Shown here one piece after another: positions 49,580 through 59,480 of a stretch of DNA of 59,480 nucleotides. The first letter of the stretch is position 1, and every line of letters starts with the position of its first letter. Under the pieces are notes generated by a model, which was given only the letters and a program-made list of their open reading frames with translations, had not been told where the DNA came from and searched no databases. The stretch is from Sminthopsis crassicaudata (Eukaryota). The translations under genes were made by a program, and so were the position numbers. The stretch spans positions 638,893,078 through 638,952,557 of the forward strand of contig NC_133619.1 in assembly GCF_048593235.1 (NCBI RefSeq), in the 5' to 3' direction.

Positions 49580-50071
49580 GTGAGAGCGGCCGGAGAGGGC
49601 CGGAGGGGGCGGGGCGGAGGCCGGCGAGGGGAGGGGCGAGCGGCGCCGAGGGGCACCCCCGAAACTGGGGCTCCCGGCCGAGAGTGCGGGGAGGACAAAC
49701 TAGGGGGCCCCGGGTCAGGAGGGGGCTGAGCGGCCGGGGTGGGAACTGTCGAGAAGAGGGGCGGGGCACCCGGGAGACAGGAGCACCCGGTCAGAGTGGG
49801 CGCAGGGGAAGACCCGCGGTGGAGGGGGCGCCGCGCTCCCCTCTGCTGCTGGAGGGGGGGCCCGTGGGGAGGCGGTGTTACGTGTCCGGCCCCCCGCTCT
49901 CCGACGTGTGGCTTGAGTCCGTGTAATTTCTGCCATCCTCAGTCTTCTCACCTGTAAAGTGGGAGGATGGGACAGAACGAGACTCCTTCCAGCAGGAAAC
50001 GGGTGACGAGACTGAGAAGGAGCATTGGGGAAGCCCCTGGGCTGGCGAAGAGGGGAGGGGGCTCCTCACGG

Positions 50072-50189
50072 GGGGGGGGGGGCTGGGGAGAAGGCTCCGT
50101 GCCTTCCGTCACTGATTGGGAGCTGCCCGCTGGGGGGGGGCCTGGGGAGAAGGCTCCGTGCCTTCCGTCACTGCTCCGGAGCTGCCCGC
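50072..50189 (+). repeat. Two-copy ~59-bp GC-rich tandem repeat
   Basis: (G)n-ctggggagaaggctccgtgccttccgtcactg..ggagctgcccgc occurs twice. Confidence 0.85.
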
Positions 50190-53100
50190 CGGTGCCTGTG
50201 TGGACGGGCTCGTTTTCCCTCTGACTCCCAGGAGAAGTGGCTGGAGTTTGACTCCGGCAGAGACTCTCGGGGAATGTTCTGGAGCACTCTCTCGGCCCCG
50301 CCCGTGCCAGGCTGTACGGGGGAGGGGGCACCGGCCGGCACAGGGACCCCGGACAGCACTGCCCGCAGGGGCCGCGGCCGTTCAGCCCTCCTCCCCCGGT
50401 CACTCAGCCGCAGCTCGGGCGACCCTGAGCGCGCCTCCTTCCAGCACAGATTGGGAGCCTGTGACTCGCAGCGCGAGAGCTGAGAGAAGCAGGCTCCGAG
50501 GCCTCCCGTTCCTCCGCTGTCAGGAGGCGGGCAGAGGGGCGGCCCTGCGGCGGGGGCGTTTACGTGCCCAGTGGCTCCCCCGTCCAGGCGCGTCTCCCAG
50601 GTCCATTCCCACCTGTGCCCCCACGCCTCCTCCACGGCCCTTCCTGTTTGGCAGTCCTGGCGCGGGGCTGCGTTTTTCTGCGTCGAGCCCGTCTTCCGCT
50701 GCTGCTTGTTCCAGTTGTGCCTCACAGAGCCGCCACGACGCGCCAGAGCCCTGGCTCCGGCTGCTTCCGGAGGCCCCGCGTGGCAGCCTCCATCTCGGGG
50801 GCCTCCCGCTGTCGGTGGGCCCTGTGTGGGCCGCAGGGCCCGCTGAGGTGCGTTTGTGCAGACCCAGAGGCCCCTCGATCCCAGAGCTCGCTTTTTCTTT
50901 TTTTCTGGGCCTCAGAGGAAGTGAATGGGAACCTTCAAGAGCCATTTCTCGGTCCCGCTTTTTGCAACCAAACTGTCGCTCGTGGATGAGTTTGAAGTTG
51001 CCGGGTGCGTCCTGCCCGGGTCCCTGTGGAGTGCCACAGACTCCACCCGTGTCTGCTGCCTCCCCCCGCGGGCCTTGGTTTCTAGAAGGCCACGGAAAAC
51101 CAAACTGGAGGTGAAGACACGAGAAGCTTTGTCCGGGGCCATTGCGTGGGTTCGTGCGGCAGCTGCCGCATCCGGGCCCCGGGCGACGTGCTTTGGGGAA
51201 GGAACCCCGTTTTGGGCTTGTTGCTTTGTGCTGGATTTTTAAAAACATACTTCCAGCACCGTGGCCATAGCCGAGGCCCCGGAGAAGACGGACGCTTCCT
51301 TTAGCTTCCAAACTTGAGGAACTTTGGACCCGCAGAGCCTTCCTTCTACACAGAAGTAATTCTCGTGCTGTGCTTTGCATCTTCTGGCCATTCATTCAGT
51401 TTGTCGGAGCCCTAAATTCGTCACCTAAAAGGTGGCATTTCTTGCCTGACCAGTCAGCACGTGCTGGTAGGAGGGGATGTGTCCGAGGGGACGCAGCGTT
51501 TCTGGTCAGTCCGGGCGGCAAGCTGCTCGCTGTGGCTGTAGGAAGCACGGAGAGCTCGCCTGGCCTGAGGAGGAGATGTTTTCTCCTCTTGCCCTGCTGA
51601 AGGAGTCGCTCCCCAGGGGCCTGTGACTGAGTAAAGAGGCTGGCCACTAAGCATTCTGGTCATGTCTTTTTTCCTGGGACAATTGGGGTTCAGCCACTTG
51701 CCCAGGGTCACACAGCCAGGAAGTGTTAGACGGTTAGCACTCGGGAAGAGGGGCGAGACTTTCCTCTCGCCTTCCTCGCCCTGAGCCGTGCGCGCTGGTT
51801 CGGTCTTCGGTGGGACGTTCCGTTGGGTGCTTTTGTTCTCAGAGCCGCCCGGTGTAAACCCTCCGTCCCCTGTAGATGGGACTGAGCAGGGCCGTGCCAC
51901 CGTGAAGCCCGCCCTTAAAGCCTTTCCATTTGTCCGGAGCTCGCCCAGCTGGGCCTCCCTGACTTCCTCTGGGCGAGCCCAGCCCCGGCTCCTGGAGAAC
52001 CGGACGGCTTCTTCCAGTGGTGCTGATGCTGGGTGTGCCCTGATCAGGGAGCGTGTCCCCTGAGCTGTGGCTGCAGTCTGTGGCTGACTTCGGCCTAGTC
52101 ATCTGTAAAACGGGCGGCTGGTTGTGGCAGCCACTGTCAGGCCCTGGGCTCGAGCCTGTCGGACCCTCAGCCAGCCTCTGGCTCCAGCGCACCTCCCCGG
52201 GGCAGGACCTCTTCCTAGGCTTGGTGCTTGTCTCCTCGGTTTCATTCACGGCTGGTTCCCTGAATCCTGGTCACCGCGACCTGGACGTGTTACAGTTTGG
52301 CAGCGTCCCCTTTCTCAAATCGGACTTGCTGCTCTAGCTGTGGTCTGATCCGGTAGTGGCGAAGGGGCAAATGTCTGTGTGGCACCTGCTGTGTGCCAGG
52401 CCCCAAGGGTCTTCCCCGCAGGATCGCCCATGCCCCTCACCACGAACCGAGAGGTAGCTGCTGGCCCGGTTATCATTCAGCGGTCAGTGAACAGGCATTA
52501 CGTGCCCACTGCGGGCCAGGGCTGAGTGTACAAAGAAGAGCCAGAGACAGTTCCTGCCCTGGAAGAGGTCACAGTCCGGGGAGAAAACGGGCAGACTTCT
52601 CCGGCAAGGCCCACAGTGGAAGCCACAGCCTCCCCTATTTTGGACACGGATTCTTTCTGGTGGGACCTCAGCTGGCTCTCCTCCCTTCGAAGCGTCTGTT
52701 GCTTCCCTGGCAGGCTTTTTCCTGGCAGAGCTTAACTCTTCCATCTGGCAGCCACTGGCAGCTGGTGCCTGTGCCAGGGAGACCTGAGAAGACTCCTTTC
52801 CTGTTTGCTGTAGAGATGCAGAGCGTGTAATTTTAGACACTGGCTGGCCCCAACCAGCTTGCTCTATTCCGGTCTGCGGGCAGAGGGTTCAGGACCAGCC
52901 CTGGGGGCTGATGCACGGGGCGAGCATGAGACACGGAGGTGGGAGGGAAGCAGCCGGCCGGCTCAGCTCTTCTGGGAGGGCCTCGGCCGCGGGCGGTCAG
53001 CTCACTTTGACATTGTTTCAAAAGCAAGTTTGGTGCCTGTGGGGGCGCAGGAATGGGAGGGGGGACACACGGGCTGCCCCGCCCCGAGCCCCCTCATCTC

Positions 53101-53304
53101 CTGGCCGCCAACTGCTATTTGAGCTTCGGTTTCCTTCTCTGGGAGAGGAGAGTCATTCCTACCTCGCCGACCTCATGTCACTTAGATCACCACCTTCCCG
53201 GGCTGAAGTACTTTATTGAGAGGCAAGTGCTTCAAGGTATTAGAACGGGCCAACCTTTGTGCCGGATGCTGTGGGGGACACACGTCTCACAAATGCACCT
53301 TCCC

Positions 53305-53477
53305 AGGGCCTGGGACTGAGGAAAGAGCGCCCTGGACTGTGGAGTATTTAACACCATTTTACCAAGAATGTCAGGAAGAACCCGGGCCAAGGTTTGATGC
53401 CCCCGTGCCCAAACGTCCGGTGTTCTTTATGCTTTCCTACAGTCTTTATCAAGGCCTTCACCCAAAGGAAGGAGTAA
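53305..53477 (+). repeat. 173-bp direct duplication in NAPA intron 1, copy 1
   Basis: Matches 54422-54594 with 10 substitutions and no indels (hand count). Confidence 0.95.
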
Positions 53478-54421
53478 GCTGGATGGCAATAGACCCGGGC
53501 CCCCCTCGAGCCCCCATCGCTGACTCTGGGGCATTCGTAGCTCTGGAAGGCCTCGGACGAGATGGCCCCTGAGGCCCTTCTGTGTCTCCAGAGGGCTGCG
53601 TGTCAACAAGTTGCCTAGGTATGGCTGAGAGCAGGAGAAAGGAGAGCCCGAGGCTGGAGGACGAGGGAAGGCCTCAGGAGGCCTCTCCAGGACCCACAGA
53701 ACCAGGGGCATTGTTGCTGTGCCCTCTGGGCAGTGGCCCCAGGCCCATGTTGAGTTGTGGATAGGCAGGGTGCAGAGGGCAGCAGGGACAGAGAAACCCA
53801 GGCTTTGTTCGTTTAGAGTCACGACACTCCAGAACTGTGAACCTCAGCACCCGCTCAGTGCCTTGACCTTAGATGGCTGCAAGGAGCTCTGATTCTCTCT
53901 GCTTTGACCTCTGAATCTGAGCGTGCTCACACCCTTCTGGGGACCCATGAGGCTCACGGCTGATGGACTGAACAAGCAGGGACGGAGGGTCGGGAGGTGG
54001 CAGCAGGCCGGAAGAGGTGGCAGCTGGAGGGGGTCTCTGGGACTGAGAGGGGTTGTGGGTCAGTGAGTTAATCTCCCCATGGGATGGACAGGGAGTTCTC
54101 CAGGCTCCCTTTGTGTCACCCCGCCATTCAGGCCTTGCATTGTTCTCCAAGGAGCCGATTCAGGGCGTGTTTAGAGGACCTGATGGAAAGCAGGCATGAG
54201 TTTCTGAAGAACTGGCAGGCAGCAGCCCCTCCCCCACATTCAAATATGAGCTGGAGTAGATTCTCCTAAACTGTAATGGAAGCCTGTGGGAGTTGCTTTG
54301 GAGACAGATGTGCATTGTTGGGCCTTGAAAGAAAAAGCGTATGAAAACCTGATCATATCTACGTTCTTTTATTGGAAAAGTCACCGGGGAAGGGGACGGC
54401 AGCCTGGAGGAGGAGAGGGCT

Positions 54422-54594
54422 AGGGCCTGGGACTGAGGAAAGAGCGCCCTGGACTGTGGAGTATTTAACACCATTTTGCCAAGAATGCCAGGAAGAGCCC
54501 GGGCCAAGGTTTGAAGCCCCCGTGCCCAAGCGTCTGGCATTCTTTATGCTTTCCCACAGTCTTTAGCAAGGCCTTCACCCAAAGGAAGGAGTAA
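54422..54594 (+). repeat. 173-bp direct duplication in NAPA intron 1, copy 2
   Basis: Matches 53305-53477, offset 1117 bp. Confidence 0.95.
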
Positions 54595-55565
54595 CCCCCC
54601 AAAAAGTGAGCCCCACTGGAGCTGGAGGACCCGGAGGCATTGCCTGAGCAGAGGCTGGACTCTCTGGGGGAGGCTTTTCTGGACCTCTTCTGCCCCCAAG
54701 GTTCCTGGAGTCTGGGCGCCCCTGTACGGAGCCAGGGAGGTGCTTCCAGGAAGCTGAGGGTTGGGGGTTTGGGCTTAACCTGAAGCTGTTTCCCACATTA
54801 GTCTGGAGGTGATTGAGGGGTGTTTCCCCCTCAGCTCCGCTGTCTGAATCTTTTCAGCACGAGGGCCTGAGGCAGCCCGGTTCCTGGGGAAGGGATTCCC
54901 AGACTTCATCCCCACGGGGCCCTGTTACCCAATTGTGCCAAGAAAAAACCGGGGCTGGGCCCTGGCCCCAAAGCTGAATGGCTGGCATCCTTTCCGAGCC
55001 CAGTCAGAGCCGTGTTCAAGGGAAAACAGGTGCTGCCCCAGCAGTGCTGGTTGGAGAACACGTTTGTGAGTCATTCAGCAGATATTTACTGAGCCCTTAC
55101 TGTGTTCTGGGCACTGCCCATGGCATTCTGGGGATGCAGAGCACTTGAGCCCCAGGCCGAGGCTGCTCCCACTAGGTACCTGCTGGGTGCGAGGGCATCC
55201 TTGGCTTCTAGACCTGCCTCGGCTGCTCACAGGGCCTGGGCATGAGCTCCTCTGTGGCACTAGATGATGCCCTGGACAGGTGAGAGAAGGAAGCGCATTC
55301 TGAGAAGCTTTCCGTAGCCCAGACCACTAGGTGGTCTTTGTGAGATACTGCCTCGCCCTTTCACCTTTGGGACGGTGACCCGGCCCTTGCTGATCGGGTC
55401 AGCAGTGCGTCCGACAGAGTGGGCTCTGCCCATTGGCAGAGGGGCTCTGTGCAGTGCCGGGGCAGAGTGCAGCCGCACCCGCTCCTTCCTGAAGCACTGT
55501 TCTGTCCCCTCCTGCCCGTTTTCTTCCACTTCCTCCTTACTACCCATCGTTTTCTATGTCCTCAG

Positions 55566-55645
55566 AGGCTCATCCAAAATCGAGGAGGCTTGTGAAATCT
55601 ACTCGAGAGCCGCAAATATGTTCAAGATGGCCAAGAGCTGGAGCG
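55566..55645 (+). CDS. NAPA: Alpha-SNAP coding exon 2
   Basis: [27 protein letters not shown]; 80 nt; G|GTGAGT donor. Confidence 0.96.
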
Positions 55646-57066
55646 GTGAGTATCGTCCCATTTGCTGCTGTTCAGGTTAGGGCTTGGGGGTCTCTCCCGG
55701 GCTCCTCCATGCCCTCCGGGTTCTGCAGGCCATCTCCAGTCTGCTATCAGGGCAGCGAGTCTCAGGAGGGGCCGGTATCAGGAAGCCCAAGGCCCTCCCA
55801 CCTCCCTGGGTGCCGGGCAGCCAAGAGCCGCCCTTCAGGGCCCGCTCTTTGTAAAGAGGGCTCAAGAGGCACCTCTAATCCGGCTCCACTTAGACTGTGA
55901 TGACGGAGGAAGGGCAGCAGCGGCGATGTTCACATATTAGCATGTAGGAGAGACTTTACCCTCAGCAGAGATCGGTCCCACCGGGAAGGTCCTTCAGGGC
56001 TTGGGGTTGGGGAGGCCTTCCCTCCATCCGGGGCAGGCTTGTGCCGATAGATTGTGCTGTCCATCATCCTGGGCACCCCACTTAAGGAAGAACATTGGAA
56101 CTGAGACCACAGAGTGACTGGCGTGGCCAGGCTGGGGCCTGAGGGGGGCCTGGAGACACTCGGCGTGCTTGGCCTGAGCAAGGCCAGACTCCCTTGGGAG
56201 GGACACGGCGAGAAAGGGTTAGGGAGAACAGAGAATGGTGGGAGGACATGGTGGGCTTTGTAGAGAGATGTTGTTGAGGGGGGAGCTTCCTTCCAATGGA
56301 CTGGCGCCAGGGATTGGGATTTAGGATAAGGGGCTTTTGTGGTGGAGGGTCGAGAGGCTTCTGGATCACCAACCACTTCTTGGTCTCTGGATTCTTTAGT
56401 CTTAGTTCTGGACGGTTGTGGATGGTCACTTGCCAGAAAGCAGGGCTGTACACAGTGGGATTCTGGGTTGGATAGTTGAGAGCTCGCTCTGGGCTTGGGG
56501 ACAGACGACTGACTCCTGGGGGGCATCCTGGGGAGGTAGGAACTTGTTGGATCCCAGAGGCTGGATTCCAGGGGCTGGAAGTCAGTCCTCCCCTCTGCCC
56601 TCGCTGTGATGAGCCAGGTATGGCAGGATCCCCGTGAAGGATGTTACTCAATGGAGGGTGGGTGGGAGGGGGTCAGTGGACAGCGGTGGGGAAGGGGATT
56701 CCAGGGGGGCAGTGTGTCACAATCCTGCTCCCTGTCAGACCTCAGCAGCTGCCAGATGCTCTCCCTGGCTGATGAGGATCCCAGTGGTCTGTTAGGCCCA
56801 AGGGCTCCTGGGCATCCTTGGGAAGTGTGGCCAGAGGGGTGGCGGGCCAGGCTGGCAGTGGAAGTGTCATTGGGTGCCTCAGAGGCAGCATGGCCTGGCC
56901 AAAAGGTCCTGGGCCCCCGAGGGTCCTGAGGCCACGAGCTTCCTCCTCGGCCGTCCACTGAAAGGTCGTGACAATGGTGCCCTCCATTGCTGGGGTCTCT
57001 GGAGCCAGCAGCGGGCAGGGGGAGGGGCTGCATTATTGTGATAGCCCTTCTTGTGCTTGGTTTCAG

Positions 57067-57183
57067 CTGCTGGAAATGCGTTCTGCCAGGCGGCCCAGCT
57101 GCACCTCCAGCTGCAGAGCAAGCATGACGCCGCCACCTGCTTTGTGGATGCGGGCAACGCCTTCAAGAAAGCGGACCCTCAAG
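57067..57183 (+). CDS. NAPA: Alpha-SNAP coding exon 3 (gene continues beyond the window)
   Basis: [39 protein letters not shown]; 117 nt; AAG|GTGAGG donor. Confidence 0.96.
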
Positions 57184-59356
57184 GTGAGGGCCCCAAGGTC
57201 CACAGGTTGGGGCTGGCTGTCCTCACCCCAAACCCCCTCCCCATGTGGTCCTTTCCTCCCCAGGGGGCCATGGAGGGAGGATTGGCCCTGTTTTAGAAGG
57301 CCAGGAATAAAGAAAGGGGCATCAGAGACCAGCCAGCCGGCAAGAGGCCCCCAGAGGCTGGGCCAGGCTGGGAAGGCCAGAGCCTCGGGCTGTGGGTGCA
57401 GGGTGGTGCCCTGAGGCAGGAAGGCGAAAGGTCACCTTTCTGATTGGCCATAGGTCACAGAGGAGTGCTGATCTCAGGGTTCAGAGGCCACCAAGTCTGT
57501 TCCAGAGCTCCCCTTTACAGGGCAGGAAGCCGAGGCCCACAGAGGCCTCAAGTAATGAGGAGCAATGGGGGTCCCGTGCTCGAACCCGAGCCAGAGTTCG
57601 GCTCCCAGCAGCGCATGGGCATCCGCCTGGCTGCCAATGGGGTCCGTGTTTACAGAGGACGGCCTCCTCCAGGGCTGACAGTGCTAGTTAAAAAGAAGAA
57701 GGGGGCTAATTATCCAGATAATTAGAACAACACAGGCAATTCAGAGATTCTCATGCTGACGGTGGGTTTTAATTTGTTTGCTTGGTTTTTTAACCTGACT
57801 CATCTGGGCAAACGGCGCCATTCACGCTTGTCTCTGTTGCAGAAACAAGTGTTTCAGGTTGTCACAGAGCATTTCCTGAAGCCACAGGCACTGAGGACCA
57901 GCGGCCGGTCCCGATGGTGTCCCGTGTGCTGCGGATGGGACTTGGTTCTGTGGGGAAGAGGGTGTTCTCGGTCACCCTGACGCAGGCAGTGCCGGAGCCC
58001 GAAGAAGGGCTTCTGGTCCGACCTCAGGGACCATGGGCAGGGGCCCCAAAGTGCTCAGAGCAGATTGATGAAGGGGACTGGTCCAGAAAGGTTTCTTGGG
58101 AGAGGGAGTAAGAGACTGCCCCAGGCTGCTGGGTGAATTAATGGTATGGGAGGGAGTGCAGCGGCTGGCAGCCTCTGTGCAGGCTGATTGTGCCCTGCCA
58201 ACTGCGGCCATGGCGACAGTCGCCTTGCTCCCCTCATGTGGGCAGAGGTCATTGGTGGCAAAACAAGGGGGCTCCTCGGTCGGTCAGCAGACATTTGTGC
58301 CAGGCACTGAGTGTCTTGGATTTCTTCCGGGCTTGGCTGGCTTCCCTGGAGGGTCTACATGAGCCTCTGTAGCCTGTGATGAAATCTCCTGCAGCAAGCC
58401 TTGTCACCTGGAGACTCGTTATCCCCCGGGGTCTGAGCCGCTGGCGTAGCTTCCGGCCCTCGTTCCCCACAGGCCCCGTGAGGTCCTTGGGCTCCATTGT
58501 TGCCACCAAGCTGCTTCCCTTGAGGGGGCAGCAGCGGGAGCCAGCTCTCCCGGCCTTTGATCGCCATCCTGCCCCTTTCTCTTCCCAGCAGGGCCCGTGT
58601 CCTTGGTGTGAGTGAGGGGCAGGGGGCTATGGGGGAAGAATCTGCTGATAGCCCACACCGCCTCCCTTGCTTGTCACACTGGAGTGCTTAGCATGTCGGC
58701 TCAGAGCCCCAGAGCCACCCCTCTGTGCTGTGAGTGTGACGAGGGCCCACCTGTCTCCCTGGGTATCAAACATGTCAGCTGGGAGCAGTGCCTGGCATTT
58801 GTGCCAGGAGGAGAGTATGTGGAGGAGCTCTGAGTGGAGCACGTGGAGGAGCCCTGCCTTGTTCTCTAGCCCAGCTCCCCGTGCCCAGCCTCTCTTCCCT
58901 CCTCTTGCGTTCTGTCCATTTCTCTCTCCCTAAGCCCAGGGCACCCTGTCTGCCCAGCTTGGCCATTCAAGCAGCCCCAGAGGCTGGCACCTGGGCTCTC
59001 AGGTTTCATCAGTGGGTTTGTTTTCTTTTTTTTAAATAATCATTTTTAAAAATTTTCCATTCCTGATTCTCTCCCACTTGTCAAAGGCAAGCAACATGAT
59101 ACCAAGAGCACAGGTGCCAGAACATAATTCATGTAGTTTAGTTGATCTGACTCTGTGACCCCTTTGGGATTTTTTGGACAGGGATTCAGGAGGGGTTGGC
59201 CCTTTCCTTCTCCAGCTCATTTTACAGATGAGGAAACTGAGGCAGACAGGGTGCCCAGGCTCACATAGCTATGGACTCAGGAAGAGGAGGACTCTATGCC
59301 CATCACTCCATACACTTTGCCACCAATTCTCTATTTTGAGGCATGTTTTTATTGTT

Positions 59357-59480
59357 GTTTTTGCTGAGGCAATTGAGGTTAAGTGACTTGCCCAGAGTCA
59401 CACAGCTAGGAAGTGTTAAGTGTCTGAGGTCCGATTTGAACTCAGGTCCTCCTGACTTCAGGACTGGTGCTCTATCCACT
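59357..59480 (-). mobile_element. WSINE1-like SINE, cut by the window end
   Basis: ttttgctgaggcaattgaggttaagtgacttgccc...gatttgaactcaggtcctcctgacttcagg, the reverse of the SINE at 6012. Confidence 0.88.

Larger units (their letters stand above)
48400..50900 (+). promoter_or_regulatory. NAPA CpG island promoter
   Basis: GC/CpG-rich and spanning NAPA exon 1; NRF1-like GCATGCG and E-box-like GTCAC motifs. Confidence 0.8.

Noticed and set aside
48088-51395. Long ORFs around the NAPA promoter (306, 234, 332, 291 aa)
   Set aside because: CpG-island artefacts; only 49482-49579 matches a known protein
53316-53345. CTGAGGA resembling a hammerhead ribozyme CUGANGA core
   Set aside because: No stem II followed by GAAA, and no matching stem I/III arrangement
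55321-55340. Palindrome AGACCAC-TAG-GTGGTCT with a CTCF-like core
   Set aside because: A single short motif with a mismatch at a key CTCF position, expected by chance in 59 kb
59174-59386. ORF ending ...FAEAIEVK that resembles NAPA exon 4 (EAIN...)
   Set aside because: The gaggcaattgaggttaag segment is the reversed WSINE1 tail, with no NCLMRAIEIYTDM continuation; exon 4 lies beyond the window

Overview
Marsupial genomic DNA (WSINE1-type SINEs, marsupial L1 3' ends and a 7SL-derived element point to a dasyurid-like species; one 145-N gap). It is syntenic with human 19q13.3 (BICRA-ZNF541-NAPA). The window holds a complete 15-coding-exon ZNF541 orthologue on + (ATG 33690 to TGA 46654, 1372 aa from my exon assembly, with 5 C2H2 fingers, ELM2 and SANT) and coding exons 1-3 of NAPA (alpha-SNAP) on +. 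A large CpG island at about 16.4-19.7 kb is probably the BICRA promoter, but that is a synteny inference only; no BICRA coding sequence is visible. Positions 1-15 kb and 23-33 kb are mostly transposon relics. Best second-look items: (i) an ancient L3/CR1 relic at 27.6-31.4 kb interrupted by a TSD-flanked L1, an LTR-less betaretroviral pro-pol fragment with a 6-bp TSD, and an inverted copy of neighbouring DNA; (ii) a ~100-bp patch inside that L1 matching a CCAAT/TATA candidate ZNF541 promoter; (iii) a 173-bp duplication in NAPA intron 1 bounded by AG and GTAA, with H/ACA-like folding; (iv) an AG|GTAAGC recursive-splice-like site in ZNF541; (v) E-box/CLEAR clusters at both CpG islands. All alignments and counts were done by eye. 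No databases were searched, and repeat family names come from recalled consensus sequences.
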